64,000 bases of DNA from assembly GCA_003327425.1 (NCBI GenBank), contig QOQW01000013.1:61351-125350 (forward strand), written 5' to 3'. A program made the position numbers and the translations under genes. Below the pieces are notes generated by a model. The model ran no database searches, had not been told where the DNA came from, and saw only the letters and a program-made list of their open reading frames with translations. The stretch comes from Candidatus Ozemobacter sibiricus. Its GTDB lineage: Bacteria > Muiribacteriota > Ozemobacteria > Ozemobacterales > Ozemobacteraceae. Numbering within the stretch: position 1 is the first letter of the stretch; the number at the start of each line of letters is the position of its first letter. Below, in pieces: positions 12,501 to 22,100 of the stretch.

Positions 12501-13891
12501 GCCTTGACGTCGGCCACCTTCTGCAGCGGTTCCCACAGCTTCTGGCGCTGCGCCTCCAGGGCTTCGAGCCGCTTCTTCTTTTGCGTCAGCAGCTTGTTGA
12601 TGTCGCGCCCCTTCTTCACCGCCAGGCGGTGCACGTCGCCGAAGGCGGCGTGGCGCTCGAGCTGCTGTTCGAGCTGGTTCTTCTTCCGGTGCAGGTGTTC
12701 GATCTTCTTGCGCAGCGTTCGAATGTCCTTATGCTGCCGGTCGATCTTCTGGCCGAGCTTGTCCTGCTGGGCGGCGTCTTTGAGGGCCGACCGCAGCGAC
12801 GCGGCCATCTCCTTGAGCTTGTCGCGCACCTCTTTCTGCTTGGCCAGCTCGAGCAGGGTCTTGGCGATCGACTGTTCGCCCTTGGTGCGGTAGATCTGGG
12901 CCACCTGCTTGAAGGAGGTGCCGAATTTCCCGAAGAACTGGTCGGCGTGCTTGACGATCATCTTCTCGGCCGGCTTGTTCAGCGCCTTGACCATCTCGTC
13001 GAGCCGTACCTGCATCATCGTCGAAGCCCGGTCGATCCAGTCGACCGGTTCTTTGTCCTTGGGCATGGTCAGGAAATCCTGGATCAGCCCGGCCTCGGAG
13101 GTGAACATGATGCCCTGCACCGGCGAGGCGGCGGCCAGAGCTTCCTGCACCGCCGAGATCAGCGGTTCCCGCAGGATCTCGGCCCAGTAGCCGCGGGTGG
13201 CGTAGATGAGGTCGGCCGTCGCCTTGGCCATGATGTAGGCGTCTTTGGCCAGGGCGGTGGCGCTGGCCAGGCGATCCTCCATCTCTTTCAGCTTGGTCTC
13301 GTAGTCGAAGATGGCTCGGCCGAAGGAGGCGATGTTCTCGCCGACCTGCTCCTTCAGTTCCTGGATCTTGGCCTTGACCTTCTCGCGCGCCAGGGCGGCG
13401 GTCTGCCGGGCCCCCTCGGCCATGCCTTGGGCCAGGGCCTGGCCCAGCCGGCCGCCGGCGTCGAGCAGCGCCTCGGGCACCGCGCCCGCGCCGGCCAGGG
13501 CGGGCATGCCGGCCACTGCCGCGCTCGGAGCGGCCGCAGCCGCCAACGGCGCGGGGGCGGGAGAGGGGGCGGCGGGTGCCCCCCCGCCGGGCGGGTTCAT
13601 GCGGCCGGCGCCGCGGCCCTGGGCCCAGGCCGCCGCCGGGCCGCCGAACCCCGAGCCGGGCCGCCCGGCCGCCGCAGTCGCAGCCGCAGCCGCAGCTTCG
13701 ATCTCGACCTCGACGACCCGAGGCGCCGGTCGACCCGGGCGCGGCCCGGACCCGACCCCGCCGAACGGCACTAGATCGGCGCCGAACAGCGCCAGCAGCA
13801 CCAGCCAGACCACCGCGCGCCGCGGCGACCGGCGCGGCCGGCGCGGCGAGAATGAGTGCAGGATCTTCGTCGCAGGCAGGTTCCGGTTCAT
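3530..13891 (-). CDS. giant multidomain surface protein (3453 aa): N-terminal signal-anchor, Ala/Gly-rich linker, ~360-580 aa coiled-coil, Ig-like domains, Pro-rich linker, NHL/beta-propeller-like repeats, large unassigned domain, C-terminal array of bacterial Ig-like (Big/SbsA-like) domains
   Basis: It is a single uninterrupted minus-strand ORF. The N-terminus MNRNLPATKILHSFSPRRPRRSPRRAVVWLVLLALFGADL is signal-anchor-like. Residues ~340-700 carry K/E/R/Q heptad-rich sequence (EHLHRKKNQLEQQLERH..., LEAELAKAQREKRRVEEEKLGLRQAQSAVQDLEAEMAAVRRDIERLERKAEAADE). There is a PPPPPDPPSDIVYGEPPPPGPPPVVPPPPAPP linker and NHL-like ILVADTGNRRVLEL repeats. The C-terminal repeats are of the form PP-IT-L-PA-G....P.I.......D..GID......L.LDG (e.g. 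TVPPVITRLSPETDDSVPPMAIRVSAAFHDDDSGIDLSRLVLTLDGRPIAI). The start ATG overlaps the upstream stop as ATGA (13888-13891). The opposite-strand ORFs here are low-complexity R/G/P-rich. Confidence 0.85.
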   Translation of the reverse strand: MNRNLPATKILHSFSPRRPRRSPRRAVVWLVLLALFGADLVPFGGVGSGPRPGRPAPRVVEVEIEAAAAAATAAAGRPGSGFGGPAAAWAQGRGAGRMNPPGGGAPAAPSPAPAPLAAAAAPSAAVAGMPALAGAGAVPEALLDAGGRLGQALAQGMAEGARQTAALAREKVKAKIQELKEQVGENIASFGRAIFDYETKLKEMEDRLASATALAKDAYIMAKATADLIYATRGYWAEILREPLISAVQEALAAASPVQGIMFTSEAGLIQDFLTMPKDKEPVDWIDRASTMMQVRLDEMVKALNKPAEKMIVKHADQFFGKFGTSFKQVAQIYRTKGEQSIAKTLLELAKQKEVRDKLKEMAASLRSALKDAAQQDKLGQKIDRQHKDIRTLRKKIEHLHRKKNQLEQQLERHAAFGDVHRLAVKKGRDINKLLTQKKKRLEALEAQRQKLWEPLQKVADVKAREEAALDRLTAAQARLDELNNRPLAARTPEEIARDHEARRQLEAELAKAQREKRRVEEEKLGLRQAQSAVQDLEAEMAAVRRDIERLERKAEAADESSQDLEGENRRRDDLSQQIQAIDKEIAALKKEIGETYEARNQMIRRAATAQDIADLIKKGRELGSKVFGDIDLTPEKASAWIDKVEKAWEDAEKLCDYYEEKKQQFEGILEEAKKLDQVAEGFLELKKALEARMDDIATIRKLIITGGATVEEIDNLKVSITNFLTGGFGHLPARCAAALSAIKGLDIARFDAIFRDKMGGSFVLPSPDDAQLKELQDALAAMGANFARDLVDFEQFNEFVKTIQKKFDKLEELWGGEKMQKFIKKYSINEKYEEWLNKPYKWLEKKVGKKNLGRLGRICKSIARIISKWDLDDPELAWQSDDPAEMLFYHDRPVPLTFIASDANAGLNPDPLMWWFALDGKRLVHDPRLPAFRFIPQIYEEYYFQETKHKQGLVQVVLPPPPPTSETKVHTIKGWIRDRAGHASNVVEKTFKLRYDPDPPTVVVRSPPSDRPAAKAGQGFEVKVEVGDSISRVRKKDLIFCISSADNPDRRFLYRGNDPERVAWKGIEGAFSSAKDESFAKAEVTFQGPKDLPEGLYILTVRATNGAGLAMGVDHTFFIGDSYQDLRVTPTFHPAKIAFTSSETFDLGFTATNFSFMEISDIEITPHPLPAGAPLTRLATEPKIVIRGVEGKTRADARGDFRVGVKQSQQKEKFQVGLVKENRTWDLHYTLRYRSGGASANEGWTERRLNVPVVLQAEGAARPTVVQGTLAYETADAAGRKTGTRPVPRGTQIRISQIYKMPTFGGDMPKFVEQFVGYGEIRDDNGFYRIPVQLVNQSELRIRLVADAMAVETVREVIAPPTGPAAGGAGGGQPAGAAGTAAGAAPAAPTPLAREVRRAIAAVACPPSKRPYRCITEAFRLSAPEEGADLEGEVIGQTVYQAPHQIIPYHHYAGGGPRSEKGILITWEGELSTGGFISPFGIRLQEGMDAAAAFTLQGNLVNVRNPAMSGVVGTTPGIYWHNRTEALYLLDLAVQAHSFANEMIRVFERIPSFATEGTFIPILTSTFEPPPPPDPPSDIVYGEPPPPGPPPVVPPPPAPPVDENVPPPPPAKEKRPRSLTLIAEAGAARVRALYTLDQGQHWAYAPDDKAFRPVGARFLPGEEVAILDAGRRRMLVVGREGQVKAAADWFPDDDGLVTGLRDPRSLSVAEGPTILVADTGNRRVLELTTDLTMIWSWGGDTLAASSPVQMPLAAERLGNGHTLVLDGAVGQVLEVTPAGEIVRRFGEADGLREPVCLYRRAGSDEWWVGEKSGRLLCFGEDGERRKEVVPGAARPGGPSGPGSGIGAGPGSGAGLGSLGAPAAPPPVSLAGLAAFHVTPDGDILAARREAGEVAFLHRGQSPWGRLSGLAEPSSVDMGVHLPPPPAFYETTPLSPKMKVLVEPPAEEEEVAEEFDPWYRERLAREEAVARLEEDAAARQAAARRVETAVSLALAAPRRSTVRREPSRVVDISGALIYYPFSPAHGDRPVSYPHYGLYKAERGAPCLGVHVDRTDVWHDDLFFRAYGAFVRHRIFEKLEPGITQYRLDQRHSSTPLGLRDAWYQGWDTFFSYAVRGAATLPHVQTADRRPLDPLALYRSYAEKVTLEADASGTYGWLDELQDKPGRGLNCELAWSLMMWRLFETYGSLFLTNLRSYALNAVSPKYMPVSVMAELFADQLSDFLALGLVPVIRLETPRSTLPVLTTAAPRISWHANGLLGGEDDRQLKFTLLYADNIEFVGAREIPIPHGTLLEFDFGKVLSEAEQAAKLNHRLGNGVWYFRVRCDSPAFPDVGARYGASSGIGAFRIAVPTQTVTAAGGAASFTASPGVAGQVVIPHGAVGGPLAVSAQPIAIASGVTGDAVVGGHAIDFGPEGTKFTPLAEMRFAFDEKLLGGISSRSVVVKRWDAESQAWVPLRTAIDPQTGEAVARSNSFSVYALMIDQTPPVITGLDDGPDPLGAGAADRSLITLRASENGLASVLILDGQGRVVRRLATDVEFSNNTFRTLWDLTDDRGQRVPDGTYVCRATMTDFGGHAAAPRECRIHVARQPDRELAGRVQLQNRTTAGDVLVTALDTTVTALTDASGAFRLAGLTPGTFDLRFSRPGYFPETRIGLPAVAPGGTATGAAASAALDVELRHLIVQEVRCEPAVVTPDADGLDDVLTCAWRLERPARLRAEVIDRQGRVVRRLLEGVPYPAGPATLVWDGKNDRQDVVGNGFYTLRVFAAIEDVELLQISQQVRLDAGLCQEVFALPAVFSPNGDGIEDTAVITFQVTEPGLVSLKIFDRGGQPVRTLLDRVEVRTALYNEPWDGNDDRGQPLPDGTYRYLLEAEYLDGTPSVARRGQLMVDRVAPQITKVSPPNGARLATGLPELSAVIVCSPGDVATAGIRLKIDEVTTEVDSYDPVTGRVTFTPRTSLGEGVHIAIFYAYDQAGNAAPPGAVSFEVKLPPGRNAAGQEIPFRDRRPPQITDLEPADGQTVYAANPLISCRLFDAEAGIDPTTISFWLNGQKVANQVTYYIPGRSGEDWDWWSYQRDVVLYNPLTGQVMFSPVQPLDEKTAWYSYSFEACDKQGNPVRSPTVKFKVVLDTRPPDIASLEPADQTVVTDRRPVVRARLTDTGGSGLAKENIRLFCNGERVDQAELTFEAATGLLTWTPAIDLDPDQQHLVSLVVFDRAGNRSAEAVTTFFCRPDTWPPVLASALPPPRAVISTRIERLVMRWIDPGGAGLDEASPRVTIDGRRVWPDDPATPALDGYRWHWEDPAGRRVARLEVPLAVTGPLAAGFRTVVVSVADRQGHRTADQVIDLRVSDDTVPPVITRLSPETDDSVPPMAIRVSAAFHDDDSGIDLSRLVLTLDGRPIAISPEQVAADGTGLHLTVMPPAPLERGSLHLLSLIVYDQAGNPSEPRVSLVRCQ

Positions 13892-16179
13892 CGCGTGCCC
13901 TCCTGATCGCCGGCGGCGGCCCGGCGGCTCAGGCGTTGCCAGAGGTGGCGCGCCAGGGCGGCGGTGCCGGTCGTGTACTCCCGCCGGAACAGGCGTTCGA
14001 ACAGCTCGCGAGCTTTGGCGGTGTCGCCCTTGTCGAGGGCGAACCGGGCGTTGACGAACAGCACGGTCGGGTCTTCGGCCTTGCGGGCCAGGGCCCGCTG
14101 CCAGTGCAGCCGCGCCAGCTCGGGCTGCTTGAGGGCGTCATGGAGGCGAGCGCACAGCACGTCGGGCAGCGGGTCGGGGAAGCTCTCCGCCAGCGGGGTC
14201 AGCGCCGTCACCATCAGTCGGGCCTTGGCATCGTCGAGCGGGCGCTGGGCATACTCGGCCTCACGGAACCGCGCCAGGTGCAAGAGCCACTCCACGGCGG
14301 GGCTCGCCCCCGCCCGCTGCTGGGCCTCCCGAGCGTACCGAGCCGCCAGCTCGAACTGGAAGAGGCTGAAGGCTACCGCCGCGGCCGTACGCCAGGGCGC
14401 TGCATCTTCCGGATCGGCGGCCGCCGTCTCGAGGGCGGCGTACAACGAGCGAGCGAACAGATCGGCCAGCGCCTGGAAGACCTCGGGCGCCGCCGTCCGC
14501 CAGCGCGCCACCGCATGGTACCCCTGCGGCAGGGTGGTCCAGGCGGACAGGGCCAGGAACTCGTCGAAGGCGGCGCCGTGCTTCCCCTGCTCGAGCCTGG
14601 CCATCACCAGCTTCCAGCGGGCCGCCATCAACAGGGGATCGGCTTCGAGCGCCTGCCGGTAGAAGTCGGCGGCCGCCGCCGGCCCGCCCGCCGGAACCGC
14701 CGGAGCGCTGACGGTGGCCCCGGGCGGCCCCGCCGACGGCGCGCCCGATCCGGCAGAGGTACCGGCAGCGCCTGGCGGGGTGTTCGCGGGGGCGCTGGCC
14801 GGAGCGCCGCTCGGAGCAGCCGCCGTGGGCGCCGCGCCGGTTGGGGCACCGCCGGCAGCGGGCGGGCGGGCCGCCTCGGCGCCGGTGAGCCAGGCCAGGT
14901 CGCCCAGGGCCTCCCGCGCCAGGCCGACCCCCGCCCCGGTGACCCCAGCCAACCAAGACCGCGCCGCCGCCAGCCGGGCGGTCGGACGATCGACCCCGGC
15001 CCGTCGCACGATATCGGCCGGCCTGACGGCGAACCACTCGTCGGCTCGCCCATCGGGCCGATCGGTCAGGCTGCCGCCCCCGCTGGGAGTACCCGCTGCC
15101 AGTCCTCCTTCCAGCCTGGGCCGCGGTTGGTCGCCCCACAGCACATCGGCTGCTACCTGCTCCCGGTAGGCTTCCTCGGGGCGGTTCAAGTTTTGGCTGA
15201 CCGACACGTAGGTCTGCGACACCCGCGGATGCTTCGCCCCCAGATTGATGGCCAGGGCCAAAGCGCCTCGTGCCTGCTCGAGGCGGCCGAGCCGGATCAA
15301 CGTCAGCGCCAGCGGGAAGTAGAAGCGCGGATCTTTCTCCAGGCGCGCCAGGTAGCGATCGGCCTGCCGCACCACCTCGCCATCTTCGCGCAGCAAGTAC
15401 AAGCCATGCAGCAGATCGACGATCTCGTCGGCCGTCAGGGCCGCCCCGCCCGCCGCCCGTTGCAGCCGGGCCGTCACCACGTCGCGCAGGGCGGTCTCGG
15501 GGTGCTGCCAGGCCCGCACCTGGGCTCGTCCGGCCCACAGCCGCGCCAGATTCCCCAGTTCGCCCGGCTGCCCGGCCAGGCCGCCGAACCGCGTGGCCGC
15601 CTCGTCATACCGCTGCTCGACGAAGGCGAGCAACCCTGCCTGCCATTCGGTCATCGGCCCGGCCGGCGCCGTGGCCAGGGCCTGCCGTGCCACCTCCCAT
15701 TCGCCCTTCAGCAGAGCCACCGAGACCGGCTTGCCCACCGGTTCGCCCGGCTCGCGGTAGAGGCCGTCGAGGAAGAACAGATGCCGCTGCAACCAGCGCA
15801 CCTCTTCATCGGCTGTCACCACGAACACCTTGTCGCGCAGGCCGCGCAGGGTCGCCAGCACCGAGGCCGCCCCCGCTGGCGGCGCCTCCGGCACCCAGGC
15901 CTGGCCGAACACCGCGGTCGCCCACAGTCCGGCCATCAAAAGAACCGCCACCGGCCAACGCCCTTTCCAAGGAAGCGCGACGGGCGTCACGGCTGGGGCA
16001 CCCATCCATTTCGCCGCCTCGCGCGCGGCTCGAAGAGCCGGACCGCCCCCCCGTTGGGCCCCTTGGCCAGGGGCCGCCGGCCCCGACGCCGCCGGCGGCA
16101 TCACGTGGTGCGAGCCAGTGCGACCGACGCGAGGAAGAGGGTCTGAGCGAAAGCGAAGATGCGAACGGCAACAGGTCAT
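13888..16179 (-). CDS. secreted TPR-repeat protein (start at 16179 overlapping the upstream stop as ATGA; alternative start at 16005 would put a signal peptide at the N-terminus)
   Basis: The ORF is long and helical-repeat rich (pairs of A/L/R-rich helices such as ARLHDALKQPELARLHWQRALARKAEDP, FALDKGDTAKARELFERLFRRE). The candidate signal peptide is MGAPAVTPVALPWKGRWPVAVLLMAGLWATAVFGQAWVP. The track ORF start at 16530 would overlap the upstream giant gene by 355 nt and translates to R/P/G-rich junk before residue 118, so I shortened it. The ATG at 16179-16177 overlaps the TGA at 16178-16176. Confidence 0.7.
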   Translation of the reverse strand: MTCCRSHLRFRSDPLPRVGRTGSHHVMPPAASGPAAPGQGAQRGGGPALRAAREAAKWMGAPAVTPVALPWKGRWPVAVLLMAGLWATAVFGQAWVPEAPPAGAASVLATLRGLRDKVFVVTADEEVRWLQRHLFFLDGLYREPGEPVGKPVSVALLKGEWEVARQALATAPAGPMTEWQAGLLAFVEQRYDEAATRFGGLAGQPGELGNLARLWAGRAQVRAWQHPETALRDVVTARLQRAAGGAALTADEIVDLLHGLYLLREDGEVVRQADRYLARLEKDPRFYFPLALTLIRLGRLEQARGALALAINLGAKHPRVSQTYVSVSQNLNRPEEAYREQVAADVLWGDQPRPRLEGGLAAGTPSGGGSLTDRPDGRADEWFAVRPADIVRRAGVDRPTARLAAARSWLAGVTGAGVGLAREALGDLAWLTGAEAARPPAAGGAPTGAAPTAAAPSGAPASAPANTPPGAAGTSAGSGAPSAGPPGATVSAPAVPAGGPAAAADFYRQALEADPLLMAARWKLVMARLEQGKHGAAFDEFLALSAWTTLPQGYHAVARWRTAAPEVFQALADLFARSLYAALETAAADPEDAAPWRTAAAVAFSLFQFELAARYAREAQQRAGASPAVEWLLHLARFREAEYAQRPLDDAKARLMVTALTPLAESFPDPLPDVLCARLHDALKQPELARLHWQRALARKAEDPTVLFVNARFALDKGDTAKARELFERLFRREYTTGTAALARHLWQRLSRRAAAGDQEGTR

Positions 16180-19100
16180 GGCTTCAACCTCGCAGCGAAG
16201 GGCGGGAAGGGTGGTCGCCACCACAGACAGTAGGCGGCGGCGACGAGCATGCCGATGAGCGTGCTCCACCAGATCAGGGCCTGCCACCAGGCCAGGAGGC
16301 GTCCCCGCTTGACCGAGAACTTCCCAGAGGTCGGGTCGATCCGGCTGACGGCGGTGAACCCGGCGGCATCGACCAGGGTCACCTCGAGCGACCCGGCCGC
16401 GGTAGCGGGCGGCAGCAGCACCAGCATCCCCGACCAGGGATCGTAGCGGTAGGGCACCGCCGTCTGGATCTGCAACCCCGGGCTCTCTTCCTGAACCTGG
16501 AGGGTGACGGCGCCGGCCGGCACCTGCCAATCGGGGCCGGGCGCCCGCCAGGTCACCTGCGGCGGGGTGACATCGACCGCGAAGGTGGCCACCGCCACCT
16601 GGACATGGCCGAACCGGTCCTCGGCACAGAGCAGCACCCGGTGCGGCCCGGGCCGGAAGCCGCCGGCCGGCTGCACGCGCACCTGGCCGAGCACCGGATC
16701 GTAGGAGAAGACATCGGTCACTTCGAGGTCGCGGCTCGGGCCCAGCAGATGACCATCGAGATCGAGCAGCAGCCGGCGCGGGTCGAGACCGGTGCCCCGG
16801 TCTTGCACGCCCAGGATCAGCGGTTGGTCGATCCGGTCGAGGGCGCGGCCGGGGGCCGGCTGTACCAGCCTGATCTCGGGCGGTTCGACATCGGTGCGGA
16901 AATCCCAGGTCTGAGCGACCTTCTTTCCGCCACGATCTTCGAGCTGCACCTGCACGCGATGCACCCCCGACGGCAGGCGGCGTGGCGGGTGGGCCACCAG
17001 CCGCCCGGCGACCGGATCGAACCGCACGGTCAAGCTGGCGCCGTCGAGGGTCAGGTGCGTCCGCTCGGGGTCGATCCCGCCGCCCTCGTCGGCCGCGACT
17101 ACGCTGATGACCGGGCGGCCCACCCCGAGGGCGGTACCCGACGCCGGCAGCACCGAGGTGATGCGGGGCGGCTCGTTGTCGATGACGAACCGCCAGCGCC
17201 GCACGCTCTCGTTCTCGACCACATCTTGCACCCGCAAGGTGACGATATGCGCGCCGGGCGTCAGATCGGCCGGCGGGGTGTAGGTGAGCGTAACCTCGGT
17301 CGGATCCTCGGTCGAGAGTTTGAGGTGGGCCCGATCGGCCGGCATGCCGTCGATGTGCAGGGCGATCGGGTTCTCGGCGCCCTGGGCGATGCCGGTGCCT
17401 TTGTCGATGAGCCGGGCCTGGATGACCGGCCGGAAGGTCTTGACCGTGCTGTCGGGAGCGGGCGACAGATCGCAGATGGTGGGTGGCGTCCGCTCGGAGA
17501 CCACAACGTAGGTGGTGATGTCGCGGGCGGGGGCGATGATTTCCCCCGTGCCGGTGCTGATCTCGATATCCTCGACGATCTCCCAGCGCCCGCGCTTGCC
17601 GGTCGGGGTCCGGCCCTCGGCCTCATCGCGGGTGGCAGGCACCCATTTGACCACCTTGAGGCGCGAGGCGAGGTAATCGACGTCGGCCACCGCCTCGGAG
17701 CCCAGCTCGGGCACTTTCAGACGCAGTTTGGGTGCAAGTTCCTTCAACTGGCTGAGATCGGCCTGGGTGGCGCCGGCTTTCAGCGACAATGGCTTCTCGG
17801 TGTTGACGTTGAGTTCGATGCGGTAGGGCGTGCCGATCACCTCGAGCGAGGGCGGCAAGGGGTCGGGTTCGCGCGGGTCGACCGGCGCCGTGGCCGCGGC
17901 CGGCCGCGGCCGGTCGGGGATGTTCTCATAGCGGATGAAGAAGAGGTTCTGGTAGCCGCCCACCCGTTGGAATTCGCCCGGCCCCTTGGGCACCACGGGC
18001 ACCAGCCCGGCCGGGATCTCGAGCTGCACGAGCTGGTCGGCGCTCTCGACGCGGCCGCCGGTCTCGACCGCGACCGGCTTCGCCTCGAGGCTGGTGAGCT
18101 GCTGCACCTCGTTGCCCGCCGGGTCGGGCGAATGGACGACGATCTCGACCCGGCCATCGAACTGCCGCAGAATCTGGGGCAGCACCCGCCCCCGCCGCGG
18201 CGGTCCGCCGCCCGGCATCTGGATCTCCTGCAACTGGCCGGAACTGCCCCCGAGATCGACCTCCATCGTCTTGCCGCCCGGGAAGCGCAGTTCGATCCGC
18301 ATCTCGGGCGGGGCCTCCTCATCGGCCAGGATGATGAAATCATCGCCGCTGGGCACCGCGGTGATCTTCAGCTCGGGCTTGATGCTGTCGATGAAGATCG
18401 ACTTCGTTTCGGAAACCTCGCTCTCGTTGCCCGCCAGATCGAGCTGGGTGACGGCGTAGAACCAGTTGCCGTCGACCGGCGGGTCATCGACGATGATCGG
18501 AGCGTAGATGCCAGTCTTGACGGGGATCAGCCCTTCGCGGGTGGTGATCGGCGTCAGCGAGCGGTACAAATTGAAGCTGCGCGGGTCGCCAGGCCCTTCG
18601 GTCCATTTGATGACGGCGATGCCGAGCTTCTTCTGCTCGACCTGCAACCCGATGGGCGGCTCCGGCGGCACGCTGTCGATGGTGAAGACCCCGCCCGTGG
18701 TGGCATAGGATTCGAGGGTGCGGGCGATCTCGCCTTCTTCATCGAGCTTGCGCTCATATTTGCGCGGTTCGATGGCGGTGCTGACGTTGCCGATGCGATC
18801 GACCCCGCGGTAGCGGAAGCGCGCCGAGGCGCTGGCGATGCCATGGGGGATCTCCATCCAGCCCGACCAGAAGGCGCCGAACCCCCGCAGCGTGATGGGC
18901 TGCCAGTCGTCGCGGCCGTCGATGGCCCAGGCCAGCTCGGGCGGCTGGGCCAGCTCGCCGAGCGTCTCGACCGTCACCTCGATCGGCCCGCCGCGCACCG
19001 GCGCCACCACCACCTGGTTGGCGAGAGCATCGATCCGCATCGTATTGATGCTGGGAATGCGGATGCGCGCTTCGGGCCCGACCGTATCGATCCAGAAGGT

Positions 19101-22100
19101 GCGGCCGGCGGTGATGAAGGTGCCCACGGTGCCGTCGCGGCCGACCGCGCGCGCTTCGAAGGCGGCCTCGACCTCGCGGCCGGCCGCCTGGTCGATGACC
19201 AGGCGCCCTTCCCAGAGCAGGCCCGCCTCGGAAGCCGGCCCGCCCGCCCGTTCGGTCATCGGCACGGCCGTGCGGCTGGCCACCACCCCGGCCAGCTTCT
19301 CGTCGCGGGTGACCTCGTACCAGTGCAGCGTCAACGAGGCCAGCGGCTGCGACGAGCGAACCTCGACCCGGCACGGGCCACCCCCGATCCGGTCGACGGG
19401 CACCGGCCCGCCCACTTCGGTGAACAGGCGCACCACCAGGCGGGGCACCTTGGTCGACGACACCACCGAGACGACAGCCGACGGCGAACTCTCGTTTCCG
19501 GCCAGATCGCCAGAGGTCACGCAATAGTACCAGGTGCCGTCGTGCGGGGGCACATCGTGGTGGATGTATTCATCCATGTTCTCATACTGCACGCGCACGA
19601 CCTGCACCGGCGCCTGCCCGGCCAGGCTGGCCATCGGCCGTTCGGAGCGGTAGATCCGGTAGAGGTGGGGCACCTCGGTCGGCCGGTCGGGCAATTTGGG
19701 CAAGTTCCACGTCAGGCGCACCGCCCCCGGCGTGTTGGCATCGTCGGGCACCACCTTCAGATGGCTGGGCGGCAGGGGGGCGGTGCGATCGATATGGAAC
19801 AGCGGCCCACGCGAGATCTCGCGCCCCACGGTGTTGCCTTCCCCCTTGCCGGTGAACAGGAAGCCGCAGGTGCCCTCGGGAAGCTGATCATCGATGGTGA
19901 GCGTGGCCCGCCAGCGGCTGCCGGCGCCCGCGAACCGCAGCGGGAAGACGAGGCCCTTCTCGTGCTTGACCTCGACCAGCGGCGGCTCGACCAGCGGTTT
20001 CGAGGTGGTCAGATCGACCTCGTAGCGCCCGTTGCGCAGCCAGATGTCGGGATGGATGGTGAAGCTGGCGATCGGCAGCGTGCGCCGGTAGTCGACCTCG
20101 ACGCTTTCGGAAGGCGCGCTCTCGTTGAGCGTGGCGTCGACGGCGGTCACCGCGAAATAGTAGCGCCCGTCGTCGTTGGGCGTGCCGTAGAGGTAGGTGA
20201 AGGGCACGCCGCGCGCATTGGGGGTCAGCCCCGCCGTCGAGACGATGGGGAAGGTCTCGAGGTAGACGTTGTAGAACGTAGGAGCAGGCCCAGGCGGCGG
20301 TTCCCAACTGACCTTGACCACGCCGGTCTCGGTGATGGCGGCCTTGACATGGCGCGGCGGCGGAGGCGGCTCGCGATCGATCGTGGTCATCACCGACAGG
20401 CTGACCGGGCCTTCGTTGCCGGCCTCGTCGACCGCGACGACAGCGTAGTAGACCTCGCGCGCCCCCTTGGGCTCGTCGAAGGTGCCGAGCGTGCGAGCGA
20501 CCGACTGGATGGGCGTCAGCCCGCGCACATCGAGGATCTCCTGCGACGAACGATAGAGGCGGAACCGGTTGGCGCTGGCGTCGGGCCGGCCGGTCGCGGT
20601 CAGTGGCGGCGTCCAGTCGAGTCGCACCCGGCCGCCCGGGAAGGCCACCGCCCGCAGCCGGGCCACCCGCCCGGGCGGGGTGGTGTCGACCACCACGGTG
20701 CCGCCCTCGGCCAGGCTCGTGCCCTGGTTCCCCGCCGCGTCGACCGCCTGCAGGAAGAACTGGCCCACTCCGTCGCCGGTGGCACCATCGATCAGCAGAA
20801 CCCCCTCCCAGCGGCGATCGGTCTGACGCGTCAGAGGCAGGTTCACCCGCTTGCCCGACGCGCTTTCGAAAGCCAGGGTGGGCGGACGGGCCGGCGGTTC
20901 GTCGAGCTCGAGGACGAACGGGTAGCGCCCGGCCCGCAAGATGGCCTGCCGATCGCGCCGCGGCAGATCAGGAGCGGTGAAGAGGAGGCGGCCCTCGGGG
21001 CCGGCCCGGTCGATGGCGAAGCTGGCGGGCCCGAGGAACTCGGTGCCGGTGTAGGTCTTGCCAGCGACCGTCACCTGGCCACGCCAGGCGAAATCGATCC
21101 GCCGCAGCGACGGCGCCTCGGGCAGGACGAACCGGCCCTGCCAGGTGGTGCCGCTGCCCTGCAGGACGATGGCGGTGGCCGACGCCCCGGGTTCGCCGAG
21201 ATCGTCGAACCACTGCCAGGTGAGCTGCGGGGTAGCCGCCAGGGCGCGAGTCGTTTCCAGCGTGACCGCGACCGACCCGGTCGCCCAGGGCGGCGGCGGC
21301 CGGAAGGCCAGGGTGGCGGCGGGCGCCTGCCGCTCGTAGTGCACCAGGGTCGGCGGGGAAAAGGCCGAGGCGTGATCGAGGTGATCGAGGGCCCGCACCC
21401 GATACGAGAAATCGCCGCCGCGCAAGGGGCGGTGCAACGCCCGGCCGCCGGTGGCGGGCCCCCAGACCTTTTCTTCGACGGTCTGCCGGGTCACCGGATC
21501 GTGCCACGACACCCACACCTCGTAGCGATCAGGCGGCGTGCCCGCGGCCGGCGCCGGGTCATGCCAGGTCAGGGTGACGCCCTCGTCGCCAGGTACCGCG
21601 GTGGGGGCGGCGGGAACGGGAGGCGGCCTGCGATCGGCGAGGCCCGCCACCCAGGAGCTTGGGAGGCTCTCCCATCCGGCCTGGTCGACGGCGGTGACGG
21701 CGAAATACCAGGTGCCATCGCGCGGAATACCGCCATCTTCGAACGCGGGCCCGACCGCTTCGCCGGCCCGCACCGCGGCTGCGGTAGCGACCCCGGGGCG
21801 GTCGGCCCGATAGATGCGCCAGCGGCGAACATCGTCGGGCCCCGACCGTGCCTGGAAAGGAGCGGGCTGCCAGGTCAGGAAGACGCGGCCGTGCGGCCGA
21901 GCGACGGCCCGCAGATCGATCGGCGGCCGGGGCGGATGGTTGTCGATGAAGACCCGATCGGGGTCGGCCCGCGTGCCGACGTTCCCCGCCAGATCGCGGG
22001 CCGAGACGCGCAGGAAGGCCTGCCCATCGGGCAGGGTGGCGGGCAGGGTGAACGACCCGACGTAGACCAGGGGCGCCGCCCCCTCGCCCGCGCCGGCCGG

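Noticed and set aside
11790-12900. Locally lower GC inside the 3453-aa gene as foreign DNA
   Set aside because: It is explained by the K/E-rich coiled-coil coding region (AAG/GAG/AAA codons), not a compositional island.
8198-13774. 1858-aa plus-strand ORF (and neighbours 5006..6916, 6959..8170, 3605..4588) opposite the 3453-aa gene
   Set aside because: The translations are Arg/Gly/Pro/Asp-rich low-complexity with no motifs. This is typical antisense read-through in ~70% GC DNA, and the minus-strand product has recognisable domains.
13888-16530. Full 880-aa version of the TPR ORF starting at 16530
   Set aside because: It would overlap the upstream giant gene by ~355 nt, and its first 117 residues are R/P/G-rich. 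The ATG at 16179 forms an ATGA overlap with the upstream stop, and a signal-peptide Met lies at 16005.
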